Positions 1-14,979 are shown, counted from the stretch's first letter. The stretch is DNA of 64,000 nucleotides from Phoronis australis (GCA_002633005.1 NMRA01000756.1:42638-106637); one strand, 5' to 3'. The notes: generated from the sequence alone by a model not told the origin. Translations and numbers: made by a program.

Positions 1-702
1 CCCCCCTCCCTCCCTCGCTTGAGGTCAAAGGTTACATTTTCCTTTTGGGGGAATCGCGCTATGTTTATATTTATGTCTTGACGTAACAAAGGAAGGGACG
101 TGCTTTGCCTTTAGGGAGAAAAATCGACAAACTGGCGAGCAGTGGGCGGATATCAGCTGCAATTACAAAAAATATTTACGGACATAGCCTAAAAGTACCT
201 GCTGAGCAGGCCGTGTTCTTTTTCAGTGGCAGAGAACCACGTTCAATGTTGCAATTTAGTCCGTTTGTTACATTCCAGGGCTCTTTAAACGGCTAGAACG
301 GGTAACGTTGGCTGGCTCCCAAATTTGCATACACCAGTCGTTAGTACCATTCAAACTGGTATAAGTTTTGTGAGGAGATGACGAGAAGAAGCAGCCGGGC
401 GGTAGGTAATTTCGAGGTTTACAAAAATTTAAACTTATCGATTACTAACTTTGACTCTAATCTTCCTACATCTAAAACTAGATGGCTACAATGTATCGTC
501 ATATGTTGTGACAAGAAAATCTATGTTACAAATGTTAATCACTGTTCTTCACGGTGCAATAAAAGAGTATGACTGTCTTTTAGCGGATCTGTCCAGAAGT
601 TACAAGAACGTGATTAACGATTTTTGATAAATATGATGATACATGCGTGCTGTTGTCATTAACTGATAAAAGAATTAGCGGCGTCAGACCAATATTAACA
701 TC

Positions 703-990
703 ATGTGTAAGCACGGTTTATTGTTTCTCATTTGTCTACTAGTGAGTTTTCAATTGAATTTCATTGAGGCTCTAGAGACAAACAACAGATTTCACACGGA
801 AGAGACATCCGCATCAACATGTCCGGGCAACGTAACCCTCACCGCATCTTCTCTGATCGAATGTTCCCATCTATGTTCCGTGGATCCCACTTGTGTCGCC
901 ATTCTCTATGTCGGTAGAAAGATTTGCTCAACTTGCAATACTGTGGAACGAGCAGTATCACAGAAAGGCGGAAACATTTTAGGGTGGCGG
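703..990 (+). CDS. First coding exon of a secreted protein: signal peptide plus PAN/apple-like Cys domain
   Basis: ATG at 703, then a hydrophobic leader (MCKHGLLFLICLLVSFQLNFIEA) and the pattern C...SLIECSHLCSVDPTCVAI...C, typical of PAN/apple domains. A strong donor CGG|GTGAGT at 991 (phase 0) indicates the rest of the listed ORF is intronic. Confidence 0.7.
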
Positions 991-3900
991 GTGAGTACGT
1001 CCAGAACCCGAATGGATGACGACACAAGTACATGTATACTGCACGTATCGTCAATATGACATTTCGTACCACTGCCTTTTGCGTATTATCTTGATTGTAG
1101 TCTGTTTTTCGTTGACCACTACTAGGCACGGTAGGTCACTTCATTTTCAACGAGATCAAGGTAATTCATACATACAATGTATCCACCTACTTTAACAGAA
1201 GCAAGTTATTTGTCTGCTTTGAAGCAAGTATCGGAATGTTCTAGTTGTGTAGGTGTGTATAAAGCATCGTTGCCTAGGCTCTGCAAGAGGGGCATACGAG
1301 TCATTTTGTATGGGCGCATCCTGATGCTCCGATTACATGTTCACCTTTAATGTTTTTAGACAATACACGAAATTATTTTTGACACACCGTGGAGCCAGCG
1401 ACCCCGGTTGAAATAAAAGTTAAAAGTAATTGTTAAGTATTAAAAGGTACAATTTTCAGATTTCGCAATTTTTCTACCATAGCGAACAAGCAGCACACGT
1501 TCTTTGGCACAATATCACCCCAAAAGAAGTTTCCCTATACTTCAGATGCAAACTAGATATGCTGTCTTTTCAATTAAAAAATTCAAGGCGAGCCTATAAC
1601 CGGAGCACCATACAGTACATGTGTAATTATTCTACTCAAATGCTTTGCATATGGCGCCTAGGCTCCGCAATTAGGCGCAGTTCCGCAACTAGGCGCATGA
1701 AATCAATTATTTCAACTTACGATAGGCGTCAAATGACACCCAGCACTTTTTTCGATCTATAATGCAGTAGACAAGAAGCTATAATTTGGCTACAAAATCG
1801 TTTCTACTCAACTTTCACCGTTGACGTTTCGCTATCGGAAATTAACTTTAACACAAACTCAAGCCAAATATTTGCAAAAATGAACAGTTTTGAATGTAAA
1901 ATGTGTGTATTGGTGGGAGACCCAGTGGAAAATCAATTAATCGCTCCATTTTTCTCGTTTAGCTGGCATGTCCAGTAAAAAATATTCAGGATTATTATCT
2001 AGTCTGCTATTGTATAAACCTCTATAATCTAGTCCGCTATTGTTTAAAGCTCGACTTCACTCAGTTTCGCTCGCTAAAAAAACTAATTAGATCCTCTACT
2101 CTCATAAAATCGATCTCGTAGTAATTCTTATCACGTTAGGATTCTACATGTATTTCAGTTACCCCCGGCTCACTCAGAAGTAAAAATCAATTGAGCGTGG
2201 CAATGTTTTTATTTCTTTGGTTAAAAATTCATCACTCACTACTGCTTATGGGCGGAATTCAACCTCAGATTCTCCGGTGATTATTACTAAACTGATCGAG
2301 ATTTTGTGTTCCCCTCGACAAACTTTTTTCTGAAATTCGGTTTGTAGATACTCTCAAGCGCTGCAAGCATCGAACTCGTTCCTCGCTCCAACTTCCCGCT
2401 TTTGAGTTATTGGAGAACTATTAGTGAGATTTCTATTCTCTTATTATTGAAAAATCCTCTCTGTACTTGGCCTGGTCTATATCAGTCGCGCTATGTATCG
2501 CAATTTTCATATGCCCAACTAAAATTGCGTTCTTTAGCGCGAGTCATAGGTGATGCAAATGATAAGTTCCATCTTGATCGGATAAGCATAAGACTGACTT
2601 ACACGTAAACGGCCATGGTATTTAGTTTTGGAGTGAAATGGGAACACAATTTCCAATGTGATAGTCTGCCTGGAATATTCGCCTATGAAGTTCGAGCCTT
2701 TGCGATCGCTTGAGCGAATTTTCTGAAAGTGGGTATGCAGATAGACTTCCTGAAGACCTACACAGTATTTGCAGTGTGTGATCCGTGTCAGGCTACGACT
2801 TACCGTTGTCAAGTTATTCAATAATTTCTGATATGATGAGTGTCCATTGATTTATTTGTTACTGAACGAAAGCTTGTTAGTGGCACTGGTTTCAGGGTCG
2901 AAGATTGTTAATGTTCTTGGTTTCATTCAATTTCTCTCCTCATATCGCTTTCCGTTTACCTCGTAAAAAACTTACGTTGAGTGAAAATATAACAGCATCA
3001 GAAGTGAAATACAATTAGCGAGAAAAGTTATAACAGCAAAACTTAACTTTCAGCACGTGCTTGGAAAAATGGCAGTCAGTGTAAGATTACATATTAAATT
3101 AAAGTGATGAAAAGTGTAACTTAACAAAGATCCCGTACTTGGGTATTACGTCATCGGGGTCACTCTGTAGAAGTTAACGTATGGGAAAAGTAGATTTATT
3201 ACTTTGAAATAGAGTGCATTCAATAAGTACATACTGTTCAGTTTGACTAAAGCACAGTGACAGAGACGCTCGGATATAGGGGTTCGGGACCACCAACAAG
3301 ATCTTACTTTAATTGAGGCGACAGACTCATCTACTACTGTGTTCTTGAATATCAGAACAATGAAACCTGCGCCAAATATAACTTTTCGCATTGCTTTTAT
3401 CTTTCTTATACACCTTGTCCTTTAGTGTTTTAACTTAATCCGAATTACCCGGGAAAATGGTGCTTTGGAGGGAGGGTTTAAGAGATTCCACAGCAGCCTC
3501 ATTGCAAATCAAAAAGTCAAATGCTGCAATTTTTTATTCGGAGTGAGTCGATTTTTAACTAAATTTGCTAGTTTTTACTTCAAAATGACTATTCCAAACA
3601 GCTTTGATATCATGTGGTAGGTACATGACCTATATATATGTACACACAAATGTCAATCAGAGTCTTGAAAGTCATTTTCCAGAGCAATACGTTTCATGCA
3701 CATGAAAATCAGGCATGAAACTTTACACTAATACCTCATCTTCACCCACGAGAATCATGTAAAAAAACTACAACCCTGAAAACAGATTTAAAGAAAATTG
3801 TCACCTTTTCCAGTATTCTTGACAAAAAACTGCCAAAGTCATTCCTGTGAGAACCCTCAATGCCATAAATATGCCACAGCGATTAAAAGAACTGGCTCGA

Positions 3901-5187
3901 TATAACTTGTACAATGCAGATAAACGAACATAGAATCGATCAGAAGATAATCTGTACCGTTGGAAAATTCCTCAGCCTTCTGTATAGGTTTTTAGACGAA
4001 AAGATAGTCAAAAAAAGAAAATCATGAAGATTCACAAATTGACGAATGAATCATGGAAAAACGTATTTTACAAAGAATACTGGCGTCAAAGCTACTTTTC
4101 TGGATTGGCTGAGCTCTGCAAGTGTGGAAAACTGAGACTGTTTGTTGTACAAGTACATGTACATGTAGGTGTGACTGAAGTACAGACAGTTTACAGTTTC
4201 AGATTATCAAGGACGTGATATTATAAACTTGAAAATTTGGTCTCTGCATTGAATGCCCTTCAGTTCAATGGATTCAAACTATACACCGTCAGGACCCATG
4301 AATACTCTAGCCAGCCTGCTAAATCCTCTATTATGTCAGCATGCATAGTTGTACAAGAACGTAGTTAAAATCATATGATCCGTTTTTAAACGTTTTAAAA
4401 ACATCGTGAATCTGCACAAAACCATTGAAACATACTCTCTGACACTTAATTAGAAGTTTTCGTAAGTATGGGGTCGATCTAATGCCTTTACATAGTTTTT
4501 CTTTTATTCTTTAATTTCTTAAAATCTGCGTGATCAAAACACACGAATGTTGCCCATAATGCTGGGCGGCGTTTGACCTTTCGGCAACTCGAGACAAATA
4601 ATCAGCTGTTTCCGGTACTGCTTTGAAGAAGAGAAGTTCGCCTTAACCAGGTAATTTATTCCTTTCTTGAACATTTTGATAACGATTTGGCTCCCTGTAT
4701 GAGCTGAACAGTATAACTATTACGCTTAGAATTAGATGAAACCGTTACTTGTGGGAAAATTACATACTGAATTCGATAGTAATGGTTGTGCTCGAGTCGC
4801 GTCTGCAGTGGTACCCTAGCCACCTAGCTAGCGCTATGAAGACTATCGTCAAAATACAGCTAGGTACCACTGTGGGTTTTTCTTCAATAGACCCCGAAAT
4901 TCACACAGCCAGGGTAGTATACTTAGCATGCGGATTTGTACCAAGGCCACCCCTAGCCCCAGCCCGATTTCTATCATCGCTTTGACTGAAAAAGAGTGTA
5001 ATGTTATTGTTGTTGGATAGACCCTTTTTGTCACTAGATGGACGTGAGTTGAATTTCTACCTGCTGGCAGTTTTCAGACTTTGGACTTGAATTACAAAAC
5101 TATTCGTGGTTTTTCATTGCCATAAGGAAAGCAACGTCTATCATCAGGGACTCTATAATCTACTTGTTTATTGTACTAGCAGGGGCA

Positions 5188-5460
5188 CAGTGGCGGATGT
5201 AGGGGGGCAAGGGGGCCATGGCCCTCCTAAAATACTCCCATATACCGATTGGCAGTTCGGGGTGCAAATTGCTGACTAGCATATGCCCCTTGGACAAACC
5301 CCGTTTACCGTTTACGTTTTTTTTTAGTAATAAGGTCCAAAAACCCAAAATTTCGAGACCCCCGCATACATGTACCTACATCAGGCTGGGCAAGCGCATG
5401 TCACGAAATTCTGGTTATTCCTGTGCCCTGACCCCCTAACTCAAAATCCTTGGTCCGCTC
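5188..5460 (+). mobile_element. GC-rich MITE-like repeat (CAGTGGCGGAT...TCCGC family)
   Basis: It is a reverse-complement match to 25839-26132 (shared ttgctgactagcat, aaaccccgtttacc, ttagtaataag, caaaatcct). A shorter relative follows at ~5462-5609, with others near 12460-12620 and 46232-47075. Confidence 0.65.
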
Positions 5461-5639
5461 GTGGGGCAGATCCAGGATTTTGAATTGGGGGGAACAGGGC
5501 AGAGTATTAGCCAGGATTTAGTTGGCCAAACATTTGCACCCTGAACTGCCGAATGGGAGCTGAGAGAATTTTATGGAGGCCATAGCCATCCCCTCTAAAT
5601 CCAGCACTGACTAGTCAGCTAGCTTGTCCACTTGAACAC

Positions 5640-5945
5640 AAACCACTGGATCAGCGATGAAGCCTCGGATTGAATGCAAGCAATTTTGGCAAGTGCTGTT
5701 GCGAGAAAAGTGAGATAATACAAAACCGTGGTTGGAATTGGGTTGCAACATATTTGATTCCTGTTATTCAGTGGGAAAATCTGGTTCTCAAATTGCAGGA
5801 CACTGGGAGTGGTCACATCATTACAGGACAATATACTATGAATGAGACCTCCTCAAAGGCAAAAGGGTAAAGCCAAAGACAGATCGATAAGAGCTGTAAT
5901 AAAGCTCGTGAAGGATACATCTTGTATTATCAGTGATATTGTCTC
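5640..5945 (+). pseudogene. Highly degenerate YqaJ/lambda-exonuclease-like remnant, probably transposon-derived
   Basis: LNASNFGKC resembles the RxTASxFGx motif. It is followed by PVIQW and a later LYYQ. Stops and frameshifts are present. Confidence 0.3.
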
Positions 5946-8900
5946 GATTGGGTAAATAAAGGGCTAGGGACAGGGGAAGGTTTGCAGACTCACTTTATCA
6001 AGAACACAATCCATCAGTTTACATGGCAGAGGGCCTGAAGAGTGCTTCGAAAATCATCTATCCTCCTTGCATGTCAACTGTTACAGACTTCTAGCATCAG
6101 TATTGACAAGTTAACACAGGAACTAAGCTTGATTAGTATAGAAAGAGCTAGAACAGTGAAGTTTCAATTTCAGGTATACCCACACTTTTGCGAAAATGTG
6201 TATCCTATGGAATGTATTGATCAGTGTTATCTATGTACTACTCAGATTGGCATTTTACATGACTACCATGTTTCTAAAGGCTCATCGTAGTGTGCATCAC
6301 CACTTCACCAACAATAACAACAATACTCCAGCAACAGTGACAACATGATTGAATTTCTGAGCCATGTGCAGAGGAATAGGCTTAGGTGGCAACTGATGTT
6401 CGGTCTCTTCACATGCAGGTATGCTTAGAACTCTCGTTTCATAACGCAATAGAACCGATTCTACATAAATTTGTGTTATCAAGTCATTCTTATTCTGTCT
6501 TTCATCAGTAATCACACAGTTGAATAGGTATCAAAACTGAAAACCTGTAATAAAATACATTTGCTATGTATCACTAAAATATGCCACATGAAATGCTGAA
6601 AATTATACTGTCTTAAAACTTCATTGATAATGGACCACTGGTTTTTTAAAGAACACCAACCAGTTTGCAGCTATGCTGACACGAACAAGAATGTTACTTT
6701 CAACAACATTCCCCTTCATGTTAAGGTCATGTTTAAACTACAATTCAAAATTAATGTGTTTTGATTTTTTCAGCCTCACATAAGTATATCTGAGGATGAG
6801 GGCATTGTATTCAACTTGCTGTCCATACTCACTGGGGTGGTGGCGGTGGGTATCACCACCTGTGATTGTCATCATGGCAAGAGTCTACTGTAATGATGTG
6901 CTGGCCTTCAACAAAGGTACCAACTACAACAAAAGACGCCTACCACAACATATTTTCGCAATGCAAGGGTTATGTAACAACTTGTACTGCTTTTTCTACT
7001 TTGCTTGCAGTCAAAAAAATTATGTTATATACTCAGACACCGTATTTTATGTGTCTAATGCAGATTTGTTTTGTCAACTACTTAGTACTCAGGTAAATGT
7101 GATTTCTTTGTGGTACTAATAAAGAAAACTTATGCCCAATACCATTTCTTAGTTTCATACCGAAAATCGGATGAAGACTTGAATGTAATGAAACAGAAAT
7201 GGTAAAATTGTTACAAACCAACATTCCATCAACAATAAAGTAACTTTTAATTTACAGCATTTTCCGCACCAGACCTCCTATCAGTAAGTTTCTTTACCCA
7301 AGTGAGGATGGCTTTCTTGGCGTGTAACAAATTCACCCACAGAAAATGACAACTACAGAAAATGACAAGCTGTTTCAAGGCATCTTGATAAACTGAGGTT
7401 TGAACTATAACAAACTGTCAGTTCTTTCTAATTCCAGGAATCCCTTGTACTTTGAGTAAGGAATAGGCCGAGACAATAAATAGTCAAAATCAAGAGTTGG
7501 TTTAATTAAAAGAAGGCTGGTTTCTAGCAGCTTTAACAGCAATCACATTTACGAACCAAATAGATTTTCACTGCCGAAGTTTATTCTGTATAACATCAAA
7601 TGCACTGTTGTAATTCTCAACACAACAGAAATGTAAATGCAAACAAGAGTTGCTGCATGACATGTGATTAATCAAAATGTGTTTGAAGTCGTGCACGCAT
7701 TTATTGTAATTACGTAGTCAATTCACACAACCATGTGGATCAACAAAAGTAGAAGATGATGGCTGATAAACTCAACATAAAAGTCCAAGTTACATGAACA
7801 CTTCAATTACAAAGCGGGTACTGTATCACAGTTTTGGAGTCACATGTAGGCAAACAGTGGTCAAGAATTGTTGGCTTACATATATAAAAAGTAAAATGTC
7901 AGACTTATATGCTGTACGGTAAATGAGTAAGATAAAAATATAGCCGTGTCCTTTTGTATTGGCAACAGTCTATATCCACGTCAAGCTACAGTGTAAAGGT
8001 AACTTTAATATTAGTGTTAAATTTTCACTGAAGCAGTGATGTTTTTTTGATAGATCAAATAACATTTCTTGTCATCGCAAAACCATTGATCGTCAAGGCA
8101 ATGAACTGGGTGGCCCCTGAAAGTCATGTGTCAAGTTACTGCACGCCTTGTTTTTCTCTCAAGCATCTGCTAATTATGGACACCGGTGGCACTGGAATAT
8201 AGACCTTTCTTAATCCTTGACAGCATTACTCTTGGATTTTTCACTGAAGTACCTATGTAGCCTGTAAGTGTAAAATATCGTGAAAAGTTACAATATAATT
8301 GAGCACTGAAACACTAAAACAAAAGATACAATGCAAAGAAAATTACAATTGGGTACAAATAATGATAACTGCGCCTATGCCACCAACTGAATGCTAATAT
8401 CAACAAATGTGAGAGGTTGCAAGTCACAAAGATGGTGCAAGAACTAATGCATGTATTGCCATTTGACTCTTTGTATAAATACTCATCGCATCATAACTTT
8501 TTATAGCCATTGCAAAACACTTTATGGTTTAAGTGGATCTTGGAGTTCTAAGACTGGAACTTGAACTCACGGCAACATGGTTGTGTCCGAAGCGCTACTC
8601 AGCAGCCATTGTATGAATATTTTACCGCACAACAGTTTTAAATTATCAAAACCCAACCAATGGTCATACTATTATCATCTTTTAACAAGCAGTAAGAAAC
8701 CTACATACGTTGAGAGACAATAGAGTTGCATTTTCACTGAAAAAGTTACCGTGGCTGCGGCTATAAACCCTGTTATCTGAGCAACTTAACATTTGATTTT
8801 AACCACTTTCCTCATTCAGATGAGAAATAAATTTTGGTCTTGCAAAGAACTGTCAGTTCATTATGGTTGTGACCATGTCAGGTCAATCAAATGGCATGCT

Positions 8901-11887
8901 GTGACACGTCAATCTAAAGAGACGCTCAAGTAGTAACAAAGTGCTGGATATTTTCAAGCCCAAAAACCACACCTATTTTTATCAAGGAACAATTCGAGAT
9001 CATTATCATACTAATGATACATGGTCTAAATGAACAGTTAGTTTTCGTGATATAAGGCATGCCTACATGTATAGCTACTTTAAATTCCCATAGGGCATTG
9101 AGTCATTACAAGAGCAGACACAAAGCTTTGATCCAGATTGTGAGGATGCAGGTAACAAAGAAGATAAGGACAAGGGTGAACAACAGCTTTGAATTCCTGC
9201 TAGATGACAACAGTGGCATTTGTAAGAATGCATTCAGTTTAAAATGTGTTTTGAGGCCTCTACACTGAAAACTGAGACGCGTACATGTATATAAGAATCT
9301 GAGACAGTGACATTGAATCCACAGATGGAATCGTAAAAGGGAAATTTTTAAAATAAGGTTTTTAGAAATTGTGATTGCTCCCCACACCAAAATGATGCAC
9401 AGAATTTCAACCAGCAGCTGGAGTTAGCTTGTATTTATACTACAGTTTTAAGCGAGTTGAAAATTTTGACATGCAAATTAGTTACAATACAACTGCTCTT
9501 TGCTCAACTGGACATCCTCCAAAGCACTGATACACTAGAATAAAAACATCACACTGAAGTAGGGTTTACACAAACGTAATATAAATAACTCAAATGAAAC
9601 ACTGTTTCGTGCATTTCAATGTGCATTTTCATGTTTTAATATGTAACTGCAGTGACACCATCATCTGCGAAGTGCACTCATCCTTCAAAAATACCTCTTA
9701 CTAGTATTTGTGTGGTAAGATGCTGTGCTGTATTCAAAAGTTTAGGTGTAAAAGTCTAGGTCCAAGCAGTTTCTTAGTAAAAAAAAGCTCGTTACAGGGG
9801 TTTCTTTTGAAAACGCAGATGTAAACGCTTTGATCTACGCATTTTTGTAAAAAATCATTGTGTGGGGAGTTGCTGGTGCACGGTGGTAGGGGTATTGCCT
9901 CGTCGGAATCACGGGCACTCCGAAATATTGGGAACCCCATTTTGGACACCCTATTTTCGAAATCCTGGGTGAATCCTTGAATAGAAATTGAACATGCTTT
10001 AAACATGGTTGAATTGCTGATCGAATTGAGGCTCTTCAAAATGATTCGGGTCCGATGTAAGGTGACTGAGATAAGTTATCAATCAGTGAATGCTCTAACC
10101 GCGTATACGAGTCACTGAACATTTCACAAACAGCACACTTACTAACTTATACTTGTCCATCGAAAGCCTTGTATTGTTGAAATGTAAAAACTTCATGAGT
10201 TCAACCATTGACTTCAGTCTTGTCCTCATGGTTTCTCACCTATTGAAAGAGTCGCTTACAGGTACACGGTTTGTTGGTAATGCCGCTTTTTGTACTGCCT
10301 AACTCGTCTTTTTCTGAATCTCGTAGAGCAGGACGACTGCGTTTCGCTTTCGGAAGCACACTACATAGACCTACTAGTCTCCACCATTTGTATAAATTCT
10401 GTTGACCTCTAGATCTGTGGCTGCACATGCGTTGTCGTAATGTTTACATCTATTAGAACATACCGTATATTGTATTCTTTGTAAACATTTCATTCGTTTG
10501 TAGTATTCACAACGATTTTTTTTCAAAATATTTGCACGTGTTGAAAGTTAATAACCTTTTGAACTCCATGTCACATCAAAAACGGGCTTTGACGGCGTTA
10601 AGAGCTTTTCTTCTATAACTCGGACCATAGGCCTTTAAGCGCACTTCAACAGTCTGTAGCAATTTGATTGGATGTTGCAGTTTGACAGGTTGCCTTCAAG
10701 TTCCTTTCCACCCGGATTTTCAGTGATCTTGGTGGCTCTTTAATGTAATTGCACAATAGCGTTGATGCCTCTTCACTTTTTGATTTTATGGAACTAGTCA
10801 TATTATGACGCGCTTAAGGAACGTCATAACTAACGTTGATCTACATTGTACATGTAAGTACATGCATATGACACATGAATCGCCTAAGAGTTTTTAATCG
10901 AGTACCTTTCTGCGCGTTGAAATGTGAAGAATCAATGCGTAGTTTTGCTTATTCAACTCGTTCAATTAGTTTCTAGACTATCATCGTTCTGCTCTTGTTC
11001 TACGTGCAATGTTTATTAATCAACGCGAAGTTTTGCTTTAATCAACGATTAGGTTTACATAATGAACGCACTATTCGTTACGTCCAATCAAAAACAAGTT
11101 AACATTCAAGACGTAACGGCACCACCATTAATGAGGTCACTTGATAAGAAGCTGCAACATTCTTTAAAAGTTGCCTAGCACCCTTGTAGAAACTGTTTCA
11201 CAGTTTTGATATTTGAGAGCATTGCCGTGTCATTCGTTAAAGCTCAGGTCACGCTTGCCGTTTAGCAGACTTTTAAAGAAAATTTCCAAATTACGTCCAC
11301 ATTTTTATGGTTTTCGAGGGTTACAGCGCATGATTTTAAGCTAACTGGATGGGAAAGTCGTTTCTCGTATCTACTAATTTGTCAAAACCGGGTTTCCGTA
11401 ATGCATCAATCCAACGATAACAAACATTAAAAACAACTAAAATTTCTCCAGATGATTTGAATTCACCTAAATGTACGGCGAAAAGGACCCAAAACGTTCC
11501 CTTTGATGCATTGTGATGCCTTGTTCCAACCCAACTACATACATGGAAGAATGAAAGGAAATAGAAATTTAATCCCTCGGTACGACTGGTCATCATATAA
11601 TACGGACGTCTCAAAACATTTACAATCACAAAAAGTAATAGATTTTCCGTGTTAGAAAAAACTTGTTTGCGCGCATCGATAGTGCGGAGCGGGAACTAAA
11701 TGATCTATCTCAAAGAAGAGAGGTAGAGTGAGAGGAAATACAATGAAAGTAATTTCATGCTGTCTGGAACACGTTGTACTAGACATGCAAAGGCCGCTCA
11801 TGCAGGAACATGTAGGTTGACTGAAACGATTGCCAAGAACCATTTTTACACCCTAAGCTTTTTAGCTTAAATCGGGCTGCGGTGCTA

Positions 11888-11990
11888 AAGACCTGATTCT
11901 AGGGTTAAGCAGTGTTTCCCAGTGGGACCCGAACCTACGACCTTGAATAAAAGAAGATGACACTTATCCCACATGTTAGATTGCCTCCTT
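11888..11990 (-). mobile_element. 5' fragment of a tRNA-derived SINE (same family as 54351-54595)
   Basis: The minus strand reads ggaggcaat...gataagtgtc...ggtcgtaggttcgggtcccactgggaaacactgcttaaccct, which aligns by eye with the head of the 54.5 kb copy and includes a B-box-like GGTTCGGGTCC. Confidence 0.55.
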
Positions 11991-14188
11991 CGATTGCTAA
12001 CAAAAGTAGGGAGGACAACGTTTTTTAATTTTTTTAACAATACCCATGTGTTGTACATTTTTGAAAAGCCCTTGGTATGAGAAATGAAATGGTGCAAAAA
12101 TCAGAAAAATTGGATGAGCGGTTAACGAGAAAATGGCCGTTGAAACATGACGATTATGCGTAAAATATCTGCCTTTTTACATAATTTCGTAAAAAAAGAA
12201 TATACATGTGCTGCATATAAAAAGATTCGTCTCATTGAGACAAACATGGTGGTGTGTATTATATAAAATATGGATCGATTTCTACAGAGATATTGCTATT
12301 TAAGTGTGTTGTTAGCATACTGTATAGAACAGGCTCATCATGTTTGCATGAAAACAATGGATTACACAGCTTAAAAGGTAAAGAGCAAAGACATCACATC
12401 AGCTCAGAAATAAATACATCTGAGGTAGGAGGAAATTTCACATCAAATCACAAGATCACATTGGTGGATTTGAGGGGCAAGGGGCCTGGCCCGAGGCCCC
12501 CCTAAACCTCCATATTTCATTCAGATTTGGCAGTTCAAGGGTGCAAATATCTTACAGGTAAAATCCTGCATAATACTCTGCCTGCCCCCCTCCTATCTAA
12601 AAATCCTAGATCTGCCCCTGAATACTACTACATGGGCAACACATCATTGTCTGACAGTGACAGGGGGCTGGGGGAGGCTGTAGCTCCCCCACTTTTTTCA
12701 GTGCTGGGTGCCACCCATGTACTATTAGATCGTATCATGGCAAAAAACATCAGAAAGTTAACAAAAGACCATTTGGGAAAACAAATCACTCTTAACATGA
12801 AGGATTTCATCATTTACGCAACAAAAACTCTTTGTAACAACTTTATTTCGAACGGTGAAGTTGCGATGCCATTGAACTTCAACGTAGCCGCTGGTGGCGC
12901 TGACATGCGGCGATTTAGTGAACTAACGACTGCTGTTTGAAAAGTGCCAATGCGCAGCAGTTTGACAGAATTTCTGAAAATGAAATAATTACCAATTAAA
13001 AGTGTGATAAATTCATCATCTAAAAATCGGGGGGGCATATTGCGCAACTGGAAAATCATCAATCTCCCGACCGATCAAAATAAGGCCTTCCGGACGATCG
13101 AAAACTTGCCATGAAAANATATTGCGCAAATGGAAAAATATCAATCTCCAGACCGACCAAAATTAGGCCTTCCGGACGATCAAAAACTCGCAGTGAAAAC
13201 TTGGCCTTGACTTCGAGAAAACAACTTGAGGAGATCCGCACGCATCGAAACTACATCCTGTCCAAATTTCATGTTTGTATTTGAGAGTATAGTGCTCGTT
13301 TGGATAGGAGGAACAAGAGGTACTTTTTCGAAAGTTGATCGCATGGCGGAAAATCGTGCGAGAAAAAAAGCTTACAAAAATGATTTATCAGCGATAATTT
13401 GAGACAAAAAATTAAAAACTTACAAATAAAGACTAAGGTAACGATTTATAACATAAAATTATCTTATAGTTAACTTTGAAGTCTGAAATCGGGTAATTTA
13501 CCGACGTGGGTTTTACACGGAGGCAGATATGGAGCACCGTGACCTACTTTTTGAGTGTCCTCCCTAACAAAAGATAAGCTTTAGCTGTCAAATGCATTAT
13601 CCAATACTAATTTTATGTTTCGGTGTCGTTTTGAATTATCCTGCACAACTTTATTTTTGTAGGAATTCCAAGACTGCTCCGACCCAGGTAGGTATATTTA
13701 CTGTCTAGCTTGAAAGGAGAAAACAAGGGAGCATGGCTCGATGAAATGGATTGTATTGCCTTAACACCGCCGAAGGATCCATTTTGTTTCGGCGCATAAA
13801 AACCTTTATGGAAGCTAATTTTTAAAAACAAAAATAACCGTTTTCTTGAAAAAAGTGAAAAAGTGTTTACCTACGAAAAACTGTTGATTAATAACATACA
13901 AAAGTTTCATAATTTTTCAAAAATTGGTTCACGCGGACTTTTGTACGTTTATGCAATTAAATCAATATGATGTTCTCTGAGAACAACTACTGCACACTCA
14001 ATGTTTTTCTCGGGTCTTTTTCGTTGCCGAAATACGGGATGTTGGAAATAAGCGCCTTTTCAAAGGGAATTTCCATTGCAGTACTGTCACAAAATTAACT
14101 AACTTGAAGTTGAATTATGAAATGAAAACTGTTAGAGATAAACCCGTAAAGATACTTTGATGAATGAAACCTTTAAAGGCAGTTGTAT

Positions 14189-14979
14189 ACACCGGTGACC
14201 TAAAGTCGTGAATATAAGGATAATAAGCAGTTGATTGTCATACTACCCAGTGCCCGTTTGCAACTGCTCATGTGATGTCATGGACATATATCAGCCTTCA
14301 CAAATATATGTGTTTTGACAATCTTAATCCTTGTTTGTATCCGTAAGCAGGGTTTTAAAACTGTCGCTGATATCGTCGGCCATTTTGAATGAGGCCCTAA
14401 AGTCGTGAACGTTTCGTTCAGACGGAAATGCACGAAGTATGACCACACAAGTCAACTACAGTGCTTACATCAACATGCAATGCATTGTTTATTAATTCAC
14501 TTTCAATTGAAATAAATTGTTATAAGTTTTGCACCCAACTTTGATGTGCACAGACGTTTTCAATGATGTTGTTCACGTAAAACGCTAAGAACCCAGCATC
14601 AATTATCGCTCTGTATTTTATTGTTTTGGCCTTAGAAAACTTGATCGACCCTGGGACATTTTGATACATTGTTCAAGCTACCCCTGGAGCGCGTGTTTGA
14701 GAAAATCTGAACGATAAATATTTTCGAAAATATATCCCAAAAATGCCCAAAAAGTGAATTAGTGAAATATGCTGTTTTTAACATACATTTGAAAAAAGAA
14801 GCCACTCACTCACTGTTTGTTATCATATTGTGAATACGAACACGTCCGGGTATTCGTTTGACGTTCGTAAGCAGACGAACTCTGGAAACTTCAACGCCAG
14901 ATGTCGCAGGACCGCGCAGAAGAGAAAATAAGATCGTTCACGACTTTAGGGCACTCACGACTTTAGGACCTCTGACGGT
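14189..14979. mobile_element. MITE with imperfect TIRs (cctaaagtcgtga motif)
   Basis: cctaaagtcgtga occurs at ~14199 and ~14396. Its reverse complement tcacgactttagg occurs twice at ~14938-14968. The ends are flanked by TA. Confidence 0.55.

Noticed and set aside
12527-12940. 137-aa ORF
   Set aside because: It runs through GC-rich MITE fragments and a repeat edge, with no recognisable protein features.
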